Below, one piece after another: positions 25,746 to 35,242 of a stretch of 47,642 nucleotides of DNA. The notes below the pieces were generated by a model. The model saw only the letters and a program-made list of their open reading frames with translations, was not told the origin of the DNA and did not search any database. Location of the stretch: IMG/VR virus record IMGVR_UViG_3300037424_000448, positions 1 through 47,642 of that record; one strand, 5' to 3'. The stretch is from a virus (taxonomy: Duplodnaviria > Caudoviricetes). Made by a program: the position numbers and the translations under genes. Position 1 is the first letter of the stretch. Each line of letters opens with the position of its first letter.

Positions 25746-26444
25746 ATGATATTTGAAATGGACCAGAGCAGTATAAAAAAATTATCGAAGTTCTTTAAAG
25801 AGTCGCCTAAGCTATTTCAGCAGGCTTCAGCGAACGTATTGAATAATCTTGCCTTTCAGACCCGGAAAAACGACATCCGAAATTTATCTGCTAATTTAAT
25901 TATTAGAAATAAGCGCTTTCTTGAATCGTCTATTATTGTTCAAAAAGCAAAGCCGGTATCATTGGAGAAGCAGGTTGCTATTGTGGCAACTCTACAGAGA
26001 GGCGGATTTACAGGATGGGCAGAGCAAGAGGGCAGGTCTACTAAGGATAAGCCGAGAACGTCTACCCTTGCAGCAAGAGGCGGTAATAAAAGAGGTGTTA
26101 TCAAACAGCAATACAGGCTACGCAGAAGTAATAAATTCTATAAGCCTGAATCATTTGCAGGTAAGAATATAAAACAGCAATTTGGTTTTATGATGAAGGT
26201 ATTGAATACAAGAGGCAACGCACAGTTCTTATTATCACATGATATACAGACTAAGCGTGGTACATTAGGCAAAGGTTTATATTCGTTACAGAAGCATAAG
26301 ATAATGCGTGTTCAAACTTTTAAATCATCACAGATAAAACAATATCGTTTCCGCACTGAGTCAATTAAACAACTACGATTCTCTACAGATATTAAATCTC
26401 TATGGCAAGAGGGCATCAACAGGGCTGTTAATAAATATAAATAA
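25746..26444 (+). CDS. Basic virion morphogenesis / tail-completion-like protein
   Basis: Position just before the small terminase; ASANVLNNLAFQTR helix typical of gpZ-like proteins; start may be 25707. Confidence 0.5.
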   Translation: MIFEMDQSSIKKLSKFFKESPKLFQQASANVLNNLAFQTRKNDIRNLSANLIIRNKRFLESSIIVQKAKPVSLEKQVAIVATLQRGGFTGWAEQEGRSTKDKPRTSTLAARGGNKRGVIKQQYRLRRSNKFYKPESFAGKNIKQQFGFMMKVLNTRGNAQFLLSHDIQTKRGTLGKGLYSLQKHKIMRVQTFKSSQIKQYRFRTESIKQLRFSTDIKSLWQEGINRAVNKYK

Positions 26445-26452
26445 TAATTAAA

Positions 26453-26574
26453 AGGTACTCCGACGCGACTGGAAGCCTCGAATGCGCAATGTCCGACCCC
26501 CGATCTTTTTAACCTGCCAAAAGTTTCTGTCAAGTTGACAGCTCTTTTTATTTTATTCTTGACATTCTGTCAAT
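26453..26574 (+). other. Candidate cos / packaging site
   Basis: AGGTACT (cosQ-like), GC-rich CGACC segment, two TTGACA/TGTCAA palindromes just upstream of the small terminase. Confidence 0.4.
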
Positions 26575-26595
26575 TGCGGACATATATTCCCATAT

Positions 26596-27285
26596 ATGAA
26601 TAATTTATTGAGGCCAAACCAATTCGCGAAGAAAGTAGGAAAGTCAAGACAGGCAATAAGCCAGGCGATACAATCCGGATTACTTCCAACTAAAGAGATA
26701 GACGGCATTAAATACATCGACCTTACAGACCAGCATATCATAGCATACATTGACTCCGTCGTACCTACGGGAAAGAAAACACATGGAATAAAGAAGTCGG
26801 TCGGAGTTAAGGAATTAAAAAAGCCAGGAAAAGCTAAGGCGGTCAAAGTTAAATCCGAGAAATCAAAGGAAAAGGAAACATCGTCAGATGATCTACCCGC
26901 TGACCTATACGATCGCTTAGACGCTGGTCAACACTTAACAAATAAAGAAGTTGTTGATATGCCAAAGCAATGGATAGAAAAAATCAAACTATATGAAATG
27001 ACAAAGCAGATACAACAGAAGCGGCAGCAGGAAAGAAAGGAATTGATAAATAAAAAGGCGCTAAGGATTACACTGGGTAAATTATTTGAGATACATACCA
27101 ATGAATTTTTAACTCTTAAGTCAAAGATTATCCCTGACCTTTCCAGTGTATTTGGAAATGTTAATTCAGAGAAAATAATTGAAGCGGAAAAAATTGTTGA
27201 TGAGGAGTCATGGAAAGTTTTGAAACATATAAAAATAGAATTTAATAAATTCTTGGACAGGTACAATGCAGACCCGATTGAATGA
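26596..27285 (+). CDS. terS: Terminase small subunit (Nu1-like)
   Basis: N-terminal HTH FAKKVGKSRQAISQAIQSG, coiled coil, overlaps the large subunit. Confidence 0.75.
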   Translation: MNNLLRPNQFAKKVGKSRQAISQAIQSGLLPTKEIDGIKYIDLTDQHIIAYIDSVVPTGKKTHGIKKSVGVKELKKPGKAKAVKVKSEKSKEKETSSDDLPADLYDRLDAGQHLTNKEVVDMPKQWIEKIKLYEMTKQIQQKRQQERKELINKKALRITLGKLFEIHTNEFLTLKSKIIPDLSSVFGNVNSEKIIEAEKIVDEESWKVLKHIKIEFNKFLDRYNADPIE

Positions 27286-29248
27286 TTATCAGTTAATTAA
27301 ATTGCTTTATGAATCCGCACCGATAGAACCGCCGCCGAGATTTATTTCCGATTATATCGAAGGAAAAAGAATCATGCCCTCTAATACTCCGATACCAGGG
27401 CCGTGGGAGAATTGGAGAACAGCGTTCGGAACGGAAATTATGGACTGTCTCTCCCCCTGGAATCCAACTCAACATGTCGACGTAATGTCGGCAGCTCAGG
27501 TAGTCAAGACATCGTTACAAGAAAATACTATCGGATATTATATCGGAGCATGCCCTGCCCCGATTTTATTTATGTCTGGTACGGATTCACTGTTAAAGAA
27601 GTGGGCTACGAAAAGACTTGAACCTTTAATTGATTCTTTAGGATTACGCGATAGAATGATTGCACCGGTCGAGAATGAGAAGTCAAGACGTACAGGCGAC
27701 ACAACCTTTCAGAAATTATTTAACGGTGGATTTTTGGAAATGGCATCGGCGCAATCTCCCAGTTCAATGCGTTCTGATTCTGTCCGGGTATTATGTATAG
27801 ATGAACCGGACGCAGCGCCGCCATTACTAAATACAGGTGAAGGTTATTTTGACGAAGTAGTCGAGGCGCGAACTTCAGCATGGGGAAATCGCAGGAAGAT
27901 ACTTGCAACGTCGACACCGACGGAAGAGGGTATATCGACAATATATCGACGTTTTAAAATGGGAGATCAAGCGGAATATTTTGTGCCATGTCCTCTATGT
28001 GGAAAATTGCAACTACTCGAACGCGGCGAAGAAAAAGGAAATCACGGACTTAGAGCAGAAACTAAAAATGGCAAGATAGAATTTATCTATTATCTTTGCG
28101 CATATTGCCATGATGCCATATTCGAATATCAAAAACCGGATATGATACGCGGCGGAAAATGGGAATCTAAAACGACACCGGAACGATTAAGGAGATCGTT
28201 CCATATTAACGCATTATTATCTCCAATGGGAATGTATTCATGGATTGACTATTGGAGCGATTATAAAAAAGCACATAGAAGCGTAGACGGTATGAGATCA
28301 TTTATCAATTTAAGAGACGGCTTAATATTTAAAGACGCAGGCAGCCGCCCGAAGATATCATTCTTACTGGAAAATCAGGGCAAGCACAGAGCAAAAGAAG
28401 TTCTTGACGGCGTGTTATATATTACGGCAGGAATAGACGTTCAGCGCGGAAGTAAATCAGATCCCGATAATTCACCGCGACTTGAAATGCACGTTATCGG
28501 AATCGGAGCCGGATATAAAATGTGGTCGATTGAATACAAGATATTCGAGGGCGCAATTGATGATCCATATGCCGGTGCATGGGAAGATTTATATCAATAT
28601 GGAATGGAAACCGAACTGACATATATCAGGAAATCAGACGGCTTTAAATTCCCGACATCCTTAATCCTTGTCGACTCCGGCGACGGTGAACATACATCAG
28701 AAGTATATCGATTTTGTTCACGATGGACGAACACTTTCCCGTGTAAAGGATTTAAAGCGATACAACGGCGCAAACGTGAAAAGGGCGATGAACTAAGCGA
28801 AAGCGATTTTAAAAGATATAGAGCTGCAAAAGTAGGAGAGGACATAACCCTTTACGAAGTCAGCACGAATTATTATAAGCGAAATATATATACGAATCTA
28901 TATATTAAGCGACTCCCGAAATATCCGCAGGCAAACGGATTTTTAGATTTTCCCAGTGATTACGGTGAAATATTTTTTGAACAGTTGACGGCAGAGGAGA
29001 AGATGACAGACGGTAGTTTTGAAGCTCATGGCCGACGTAATGAAGCTCTTGACACTACTGTTTACGGATTAGCGGCGGCAGATATATTTCTTGACTCGGA
29101 AGTATTAAATTATAGAGCGTGGGCGAAGTCACAGAAATTCCCGTTCAAATCATTCGGAATAGACTTCAGAGTGCAATCGGACATAATGCAGATAACACAT
29201 AGAACGATTTTAGAAGAAATGATAAATCAAACAAAAATTAAAACGTAA
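27266..29248 (+). CDS. terL: Terminase large subunit, lambda GpA family
   Basis: AQVVKT, IDEPD, STPT, VPCPLCG, GIDVQ, RNEALD. Confidence 0.95.
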   Translation: MQTRLNDYQLIKLLYESAPIEPPPRFISDYIEGKRIMPSNTPIPGPWENWRTAFGTEIMDCLSPWNPTQHVDVMSAAQVVKTSLQENTIGYYIGACPAPILFMSGTDSLLKKWATKRLEPLIDSLGLRDRMIAPVENEKSRRTGDTTFQKLFNGGFLEMASAQSPSSMRSDSVRVLCIDEPDAAPPLLNTGEGYFDEVVEARTSAWGNRRKILATSTPTEEGISTIYRRFKMGDQAEYFVPCPLCGKLQLLERGEEKGNHGLRAETKNGKIEFIYYLCAYCHDAIFEYQKPDMIRGGKWESKTTPERLRRSFHINALLSPMGMYSWIDYWSDYKKAHRSVDGMRSFINLRDGLIFKDAGSRPKISFLLENQGKHRAKEVLDGVLYITAGIDVQRGSKSDPDNSPRLEMHVIGIGAGYKMWSIEYKIFEGAIDDPYAGAWEDLYQYGMETELTYIRKSDGFKFPTSLILVDSGDGEHTSEVYRFCSRWTNTFPCKGFKAIQRRKREKGDELSESDFKRYRAAKVGEDITLYEVSTNYYKRNIYTNLYIKRLPKYPQANGFLDFPSDYGEIFFEQLTAEEKMTDGSFEAHGRRNEALDTTVYGLAAADIFLDSEVLNYRAWAKSQKFPFKSFGIDFRVQSDIMQITHRTILEEMINQTKIKT

Positions 29249-29296
29249 ATGAAAAAAGTGATTGAAAAATACAGGCGACATAATCCATAATAAAAT

Positions 29297-29572
29297 ATGA
29301 CTTATATAACCTCAGGAAGACGCGCACGACTATTAACACAACTTGCAACAGTTCAAGCACAAATTGAATCTGCAAACGCAGCATATCTATCACTTACAGG
29401 AAGTACAACAGAGAGTTATTCCTTTGACTCAGGAGAAGGATCACAACGAACTACACGCAAGAAATCAAAAGATTTGCTTGATGAAATTTCCGCACTGGAA
29501 GCGAAAGAAAGCCATATTATAAATGAACTTAATAATATTGGTATTATAGCTATGCGTTTACGGAGAAAGTGA
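29297..29572 (+). CDS. Head-to-tail joining protein (gpW-like)
   Basis: Helix-hairpin-helix with SYSFDSGEGSQR; between terminase and portal. Confidence 0.7.
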   Translation: MTYITSGRRARLLTQLATVQAQIESANAAYLSLTGSTTESYSFDSGEGSQRTTRKKSKDLLDEISALEAKESHIINELNNIGIIAMRLRRK

Positions 29573-30318
29573 TGATTGCTGGAATAATTTATAAAGCAAC
29601 CAATAAAATAAATAAACATTGTTATATCGGGAAAACTACCAGAACTTTTGAAAGAAGAAAAACAGATCATAAAATAAAAGCTTTAGATTATAAATCAAAT
29701 TTATATTTTCACAGAGCAATTCGTAAATATGGTTTTGAAAATTTTGAATGGTCTATTCTTACAGAAACGGATTCAGAAAGTAAACTTAATGTCTTGGAGA
29801 AATTCTATATTGCCACTTATAAGAAAATAGCAATTTTATATAATATGACTGACGGTGGGGACGGGACTGTAGGTTGGGAACCGAGTATTGAAACACGTAA
29901 TAAAATAAGTAAGTCACTAACTGGAAGAAAATTATCCGAAGTTCATAAATTAAAAATTGCAAAAATTTGGGAAGGCAGACATCATTTAGAAGAATCAAAA
30001 TTGAAAAGTTCTATTTCTAATAAAGGTCAAAAAAGATCAGAGGAAACAAAAAAAAATATTAGTAAAAATCATGCAGATTTTTCTGGTAAAAATCATCCTA
30101 TGTTTGGGAAACATTGGACTGAAGAAATAAAGGAAAAAATGTCTGAAGCTAAAAAGGGAGAGAAACATCCTTTTTATGGAAAAAAACGTCCTGAACATTC
30201 TGAAAGAATGTCAGGTGAAAAAAATCCTATGTTTGGTAAAAAACATACTGAAGAAACAAAAGTAAAAATGTCAGAAAAACGTAAAAAAATATTTTTAATA
30301 GAGAAAAATCATGATTAA
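29569..30318 (+). mobile_element. Free-standing GIY-YIG homing endonuclease with NUMOD3 repeats
   Basis: GIIYKATN...YIGKT, YNMTDGGDG, HPMFGKH.TEE.K.KMS repeats. Confidence 0.9.
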
Positions 30319-31948
30319 AGAGTTCCGAGATAAAATAAAAGCAATATTTTTTCCGATTAAAAAATCTATCGGAAGAACTCTTGGAACTGGAATCAGTGCA
30401 CAGATAAATACGAATTATGGATCGAATTATGGATCAGGTTCAAAATATCCTGGGGGGATAGGCAATCCGCGTCCGATAGTAAGCCATGATCATTACGCAA
30501 TACGGCAGCAGGTCCGTGAGGCGATGTATGACAGCGTGGAATTAAGATCATTAGTTACGACTCAGGTTGATACTGTAGTAGATAGCGGATTGAAGTTAAA
30601 GCCAACGCCAGTAGCGAGCATGTTAGGAATAACGCCAGAAGCAGCAGAGGAATGGGCGGAAGATGTTGCGACACGTTTCCATTTGTGGGCGAGTTCGAAG
30701 AAATCACATAGAAGCCGGGTAAATAATTTTTATCAGAATCAAAGGTGGTACCAATTATTTCAGCAACGCGACAACGACGTATTCACACGCCTTTATTATG
30801 GCCGCGACAAAGATAGCCTCAATCCCTTACAAATAGAATTTTTAGAAACAAATCAAATCCGGGGCTATGGTAATACAAACACATACGGCAATTTTAACGC
30901 AGATGACGGCATAGTCAGAGATGGCGCAGGCAGAGAAATAGCATATAAGATATGGACGTTCGACGTTCAGACAGGCAAATATACAGAGCAGACAATACCT
31001 GCAGTTGGAGAGAAGTCAGGCCGGATAATGATGTTGCACGGATTTAATCCGGAATACGCAGGACAGACCCGCGGATATAGCAACAAAGCACACTTAATTC
31101 AGGAATTATCAGACCTTACCGATTTTAAACAATCCATAATTCAGAAAGCAATCAATCAAGCCTCAATGGTTGCGGCAGTCGAGAATCAAAGACAAGACCC
31201 ATCGAATCCGCTTATCAATAGAGTTGCCGCACCGATAAGGGAATACGGAAGCAATCCCATCCCTTCCAGCGAAGCACACAACGTCACAGCGGAATCATTA
31301 GAACCGGTTATAAACTGGGATGTCACACCGGAAGCAACAATCAGACAGCCAGGGTCAATGCTTATCGGGAATATGCGGGCAGGTGATACATTAAAGTTTT
31401 TACAGGACACATCGCCCTCAGCAAGTTTCGACATGTTTGTTAATTCAGTATTTTCTTTCCTTGCAGCCTCGACTGGATATGGCATTGAACTAATATTAAA
31501 AAAGTTCGGACAGAATTATTCAGCGTCAAGGGGAACACTTCTGTTATGCTGGCGTAAAGCAATAATAGATCGACTGGAAATGGCCGGAGACTTTCTTGAC
31601 CCTGTTTATGAAATGTGGCTAAGCGAAGAAATAGCGTCTGGACGCATACAGGCGTTTGGATGGGCTGACCCGCAAATGAAAGCGGCATGGTTATGTTCTG
31701 AGTGGGCTGGTACACCAATGCCGAACATCGATCCTAACTCAACAGCGAAAGCAGATCAGATGTATGTCGAGATGGGTGCGCAAACATTAGATGATGTAGC
31801 GCGTAATCTTAACGGAAGTTCAGGCAAGGCAAACAGAATTAAGAATGCAAGACAATTGGAAGAATTAAGTCCAGTGCCGTGGAATAAGCAGGTACAAATG
31901 GCCGATACTGAAGAGCAGAAGACAGATGAAGATAGTGCAAACGGATAA
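30311..31948 (+). CDS. Portal protein, lambda family
   Basis: GQTRG, NYSASRG, IDP...A motifs; synteny. Confidence 0.9.
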   Translation: MIKEFRDKIKAIFFPIKKSIGRTLGTGISAQINTNYGSNYGSGSKYPGGIGNPRPIVSHDHYAIRQQVREAMYDSVELRSLVTTQVDTVVDSGLKLKPTPVASMLGITPEAAEEWAEDVATRFHLWASSKKSHRSRVNNFYQNQRWYQLFQQRDNDVFTRLYYGRDKDSLNPLQIEFLETNQIRGYGNTNTYGNFNADDGIVRDGAGREIAYKIWTFDVQTGKYTEQTIPAVGEKSGRIMMLHGFNPEYAGQTRGYSNKAHLIQELSDLTDFKQSIIQKAINQASMVAAVENQRQDPSNPLINRVAAPIREYGSNPIPSSEAHNVTAESLEPVINWDVTPEATIRQPGSMLIGNMRAGDTLKFLQDTSPSASFDMFVNSVFSFLAASTGYGIELILKKFGQNYSASRGTLLLCWRKAIIDRLEMAGDFLDPVYEMWLSEEIASGRIQAFGWADPQMKAAWLCSEWAGTPMPNIDPNSTAKADQMYVEMGAQTLDDVARNLNGSSGKANRIKNARQLEELSPVPWNKQVQMADTEEQKTDEDSANG

Positions 31949-32017
31949 AAAACGCAAACGCATATTGATTTTTATGTTGCAATTTAAGAATAAAAAAGTA
32001 AGGTAAAATAACATGGG

Positions 32018-32239
32018 ATGGAGAGTAATAAATTGGATGCTAAACCCTATCAGATTATTATCGGGCTTGCTCTTGTGTTGGTTGGTTGCAGCGGTTTTTT
32101 TGGTTTCCTTGTCATCCGTCTTATTAGAGGATATGACGAGAGCATCAAAGATTTATACGATAAAATTGATAAGCTCCCAGAAATATGCAAGGACCTTGAA
32201 TGGATTAGAAAAATTATTGATCGGCGGGAAGGAGAATAA
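32018..32239 (+). CDS. Small membrane protein (holin/antiholin-like)
   Basis: Single hydrophobic segment plus charged tail, before the endolysin. Confidence 0.5.
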   Translation: MESNKLDAKPYQIIIGLALVLVGCSGFFGFLVIRLIRGYDESIKDLYDKIDKLPEICKDLEWIRKIIDRREGE

Positions 32240-32245
32240 ATAAAG

Positions 32246-32752
32246 ATGAATCTTTTACTAATTCGCGAACATGACAACGGCAAGGACACAATCGGGAAAT
32301 TATATTTTAAAGATCAACAGAATATAATCCGGTACGTTTTCACCCTTGAAGATCAGGCGCGGCAGGTAATAGTAAAAGGCGATACGAGAATATCAGCCGG
32401 AAAATATGAAATCACACTGAGAAAGGAAGGCGGAGTTTACGAATCGTATTGCAATCATAAAAATAAAGAAATAGCAGACCTGACTAAAAAGTACGGCATG
32501 TTATGGATAAGGAACGTGCCGAATTTTGAATATATTTTAATCCACATCGGAAATACTGAAACAGATACCGAAGGATGTGTATTAGTAGGCGATAACATAA
32601 ATAATAACAGTTACATAAGCGGATTTATCAGCAACAGTACAGACGCATATATAAAATTAGTCAAGGCAGTATTTCCAGCGTTTGACAGGCAGGATAAATT
32701 ATCTATCAGTATAATAGATCAGGATAAAAGTGTGCAGGAACAGATGAAATGA
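32246..32752 (+). CDS. Putative endolysin, DUF5675 (L,D-transpeptidase-like)
   Basis: TIGKL, TLED, ISAGKY, ILIHIGN...DTEGCVLVG. Confidence 0.8.
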   Translation: MNLLLIREHDNGKDTIGKLYFKDQQNIIRYVFTLEDQARQVIVKGDTRISAGKYEITLRKEGGVYESYCNHKNKEIADLTKKYGMLWIRNVPNFEYILIHIGNTETDTEGCVLVGDNINNNSYISGFISNSTDAYIKLVKAVFPAFDRQDKLSISIIDQDKSVQEQMK

Positions 32753-32985
32753 AAGAAATTATAAAATCATTTTTCTATAACAGCGAAGGTAAATTTCAGC
32801 CTATCTATGCATATTCATTTATATTTCTTATGCTTACAATAATTATAATAATATGCCGTTTGATAGCTCCTCTGGGCCATGAAGATAAAATAAAAATATC
32901 AGATACACTTATACTTGGGATGATGACTTATATTTTAGCACTTATCGGACTTTATAATTATACTAAAAATAAAGGCGGGGAATAA
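32749..32985 (+). CDS. Putative holin
   Basis: Two transmembrane segments next to the endolysin. Confidence 0.55.
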   Translation: MKEIIKSFFYNSEGKFQPIYAYSFIFLMLTIIIIICRLIAPLGHEDKIKISDTLILGMMTYILALIGLYNYTKNKGGE

Positions 32986-33239
32986 TGAAACATATATCTT
33001 TACTTGTAGTAAAATGGTTTTTAAATGTTTTAATCTCAATCGATCAATTAGTAAATACAGTATTTGGCGGAGACCCTGACGAAACAATATCTTCAAGACT
33101 TGGCCGTAATTATCCAAATAGCGTACTCGCTAAGATTGTTGATATTTTATTTTTCTGGCAATGCAGAAATAAAGCAATTAAGCGGCATGTGATAAATGCT
33201 ATCGAAAATGATGAAGGCGGAGACGCAATAGTTAAATGA
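32985..33239 (+). CDS. Conserved phage protein (DQLxNxxxGGxPDETISSR family)
   Basis: IDQLVNTVFGGDPDETISSRLG motif. Confidence 0.7.
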   Translation: MKHISLLVVKWFLNVLISIDQLVNTVFGGDPDETISSRLGRNYPNSVLAKIVDILFFWQCRNKAIKRHVINAIENDEGGDAIVK

Positions 33240-33661
33240 AAAATAAAATAATATTATGTCTCATATCTTTTGTTATCGGCTCCGGAATAACCGGTTTTGC
33301 AGTTAGGAATTATTATATAAAACCGATACCGAATCCGACACCGATACATACTAATCCGGTAGTATCGCCGACAATACCTATGGAACCGGATTTATCATGT
33401 GAGTTGGCAAAGTCTGAGTTATGGCATTATAGAAATGATTTACCGGTAATAAACTGGAAAGTGACTGAGCAGACGAAAACAAATATCGATGTAATGATTG
33501 ACGGTAAGTTTTATATGCGAACATTTACGCAAGATGTAACTATTCCGATAGCACAAGTTGAGACATCTAATTTTAAATTATATCTCGGAATAGGAATAGG
33601 AACAGTAGCCGCAGTAGGTGCAATATACGGCGGATATAAATTGATACAGGTGATGAAATGA
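33236..33661 (+). CDS. Membrane protein with N- and C-terminal hydrophobic segments (spanin-like candidate)
   Basis: Hydrophobic termini, Pro-rich linker, end of the lysis cassette. Confidence 0.45.
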   Translation: MKNKIILCLISFVIGSGITGFAVRNYYIKPIPNPTPIHTNPVVSPTIPMEPDLSCELAKSELWHYRNDLPVINWKVTEQTKTNIDVMIDGKFYMRTFTQDVTIPIAQVETSNFKLYLGIGIGTVAAVGAIYGGYKLIQVMK

Positions 33662-34776
33662 AAAAAATAACAATGAACGGAGTTATCGGAGTCGACGTCA
33701 GGAGTTCCGATATAATTAAACAAATTGAGGACGCAGGGACAGAAGATAAAGTTTTTGAAATCCATTCTCCTGGTGGATCCGTAATGGAAGGACTTGCGAT
33801 ATATAATGCAATCAGACAATCGCAAGGTAGGACTACGATGAGAGTTCTCGGACTTGCTGCTTCGATGGCGACTGTAATAGCGATGGCCAAAGGAAAGCCG
33901 GAAGTTGCAAAGCGCAGTATATTTATGATACATAATGCGCAAATGTTTGCAATGGGTGATTATCAAGTTTTGCAGAAAGCAGCAGATTTATCTAATCGAG
34001 TTTCTGATATGTTAGCTTCAATTTATGCCGAGAATTCAAAGAAAAGTAAAAAGTCAATTCGTGAAATGATGGATAATGAGACTTATATGTTTGGAGAAAA
34101 TATAAAGTCAGAAGGATTCGCAAGTTCAGTTTATGATGACGGCAAAGAAGAAAAAGAAGCGGACGCAGTTGCACTTGCTCAATTAGAAATGGAAGAGTGC
34201 ATGAATAAAATGAAAGGCTTTAAAGAAGATTTTAAAATAGTGGCGCAGATTATTGATTGTATACAGCCGCCAACGCCACCGGATAAACCTAAAGATGAGC
34301 AACACCCCGCAATAAACGCGGGTAATAATATATTACAGGAGGAGAGCAAAATGACTCTACAAGAATTTATTGCTCAAAACCCTTCCGCGAAAATAGAGTA
34401 CGACAAGGCACTCGAAGATAAGTATAACGCGGGGAAGGACGTGGGCAAGAAAGAAGTACAGGATAAGGTAAATGCAATAGCGCCTTTCCTGAAATCAGAT
34501 TCACCGTATAAAAGCGGAATCAAAGACCTTGCAGTCGATGTACTGGAAGGTAAACGCAGTGAAGATGCACTTCATGCAGCGATAGCACTTTTTGACAAAG
34601 ACGCAGAAGCCAGAAAGTCGCTCGAAGCACAGAATGAATCGCAGAATCAAGGCGACATCCAGAATCAGCAGGACAACAATCAGCCGACAACTCAAGACGG
34701 CGTGATAAAAAACGATGCTGATTTTGCAGCGGAAATTAAACGCTCAAAAGAAATGTTAGGTCAGGAGGTAAAATAA
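33658..34776 (+). CDS. ClpP-like prohead protease with C-terminal scaffold
   Basis: IHSPGGSV, GLAASMA, FMIHN, MMDNET. Confidence 0.9.
   Translation: MKKITMNGVIGVDVRSSDIIKQIEDAGTEDKVFEIHSPGGSVMEGLAIYNAIRQSQGRTTMRVLGLAASMATVIAMAKGKPEVAKRSIFMIHNAQMFAMGDYQVLQKAADLSNRVSDMLASIYAENSKKSKKSIREMMDNETYMFGENIKSEGFASSVYDDGKEEKEADAVALAQLEMEECMNKMKGFKEDFKIVAQIIDCIQPPTPPDKPKDEQHPAINAGNNILQEESKMTLQEFIAQNPSAKIEYDKALEDKYNAGKDVGKKEVQDKVNAIAPFLKSDSPYKSGIKDLAVDVLEGKRSEDALHAAIALFDKDAEARKSLEAQNESQNQGDIQNQQDNNQPTTQDGVIKNDADFAAEIKRSKEMLGQEVK
34351..34776 (+). CDS. Putative internally initiated scaffolding protein (Nu3-like)
   Basis: In-frame ATG preceded by AGGAGG after a Pro-rich linker. Confidence 0.55.
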   Translation: MTLQEFIAQNPSAKIEYDKALEDKYNAGKDVGKKEVQDKVNAIAPFLKSDSPYKSGIKDLAVDVLEGKRSEDALHAAIALFDKDAEARKSLEAQNESQNQGDIQNQQDNNQPTTQDGVIKNDADFAAEIKRSKEMLGQEVK

Positions 34777-34777
34777 A

Positions 34778-35227
34778 ATGACAGTACAAGCAAGACAAGA
34801 CAATACAACTGTACCCCTTATATTATCGGATTCATCTGATAATGAGAATGGGAACATCGCACAGAACGCACAGAGAACAACCGATCTGCTTTTCGGCACT
34901 GTAATGGCGCAGATAGCAGCATCATTGTTATGGACACCGTGGATAAGCGTGGCCGGAACCGATGGCTCGGCGATACCGCGCGGAATTTATATCGGTGACG
35001 ATATAGCAGCAGCCGACTTAGTGGCCGGAGCCATAGTAGACGCTCCTATCCTTGTCGGTAACGCAAGAGTGAATGAATCGGCAGTAGTATTTGACGACGA
35101 TACACTCAGTGCGGAATCGGTAATCGGAGCAGCAACAATACACGCAGTCACAGGTAGAAAAGCACTTGCGCAAGCGGCAAATATCAGACTCGAACTCGGA
35201 GTAGCAATATCCGAGCACGAGAATTAA
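34778..35227 (+). CDS. Head decoration protein
   Basis: GTVMAQ...DGSAIPRGI; between protease and capsid. Confidence 0.7.
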   Translation: MTVQARQDNTTVPLILSDSSDNENGNIAQNAQRTTDLLFGTVMAQIAASLLWTPWISVAGTDGSAIPRGIYIGDDIAAADLVAGAIVDAPILVGNARVNESAVVFDDDTLSAESVIGAATIHAVTGRKALAQAANIRLELGVAISEHEN

Positions 35228-35242
35228 GGAGGTAGCATACAA

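Noticed and set aside
32013-32243. Overlapping ORF 32013-32243 as a second real gene
   Set aside because: Overlaps 32018-32239 on the same strand; the latter has the cleaner TM plus charged-tail pattern. Not fully resolvable by eye
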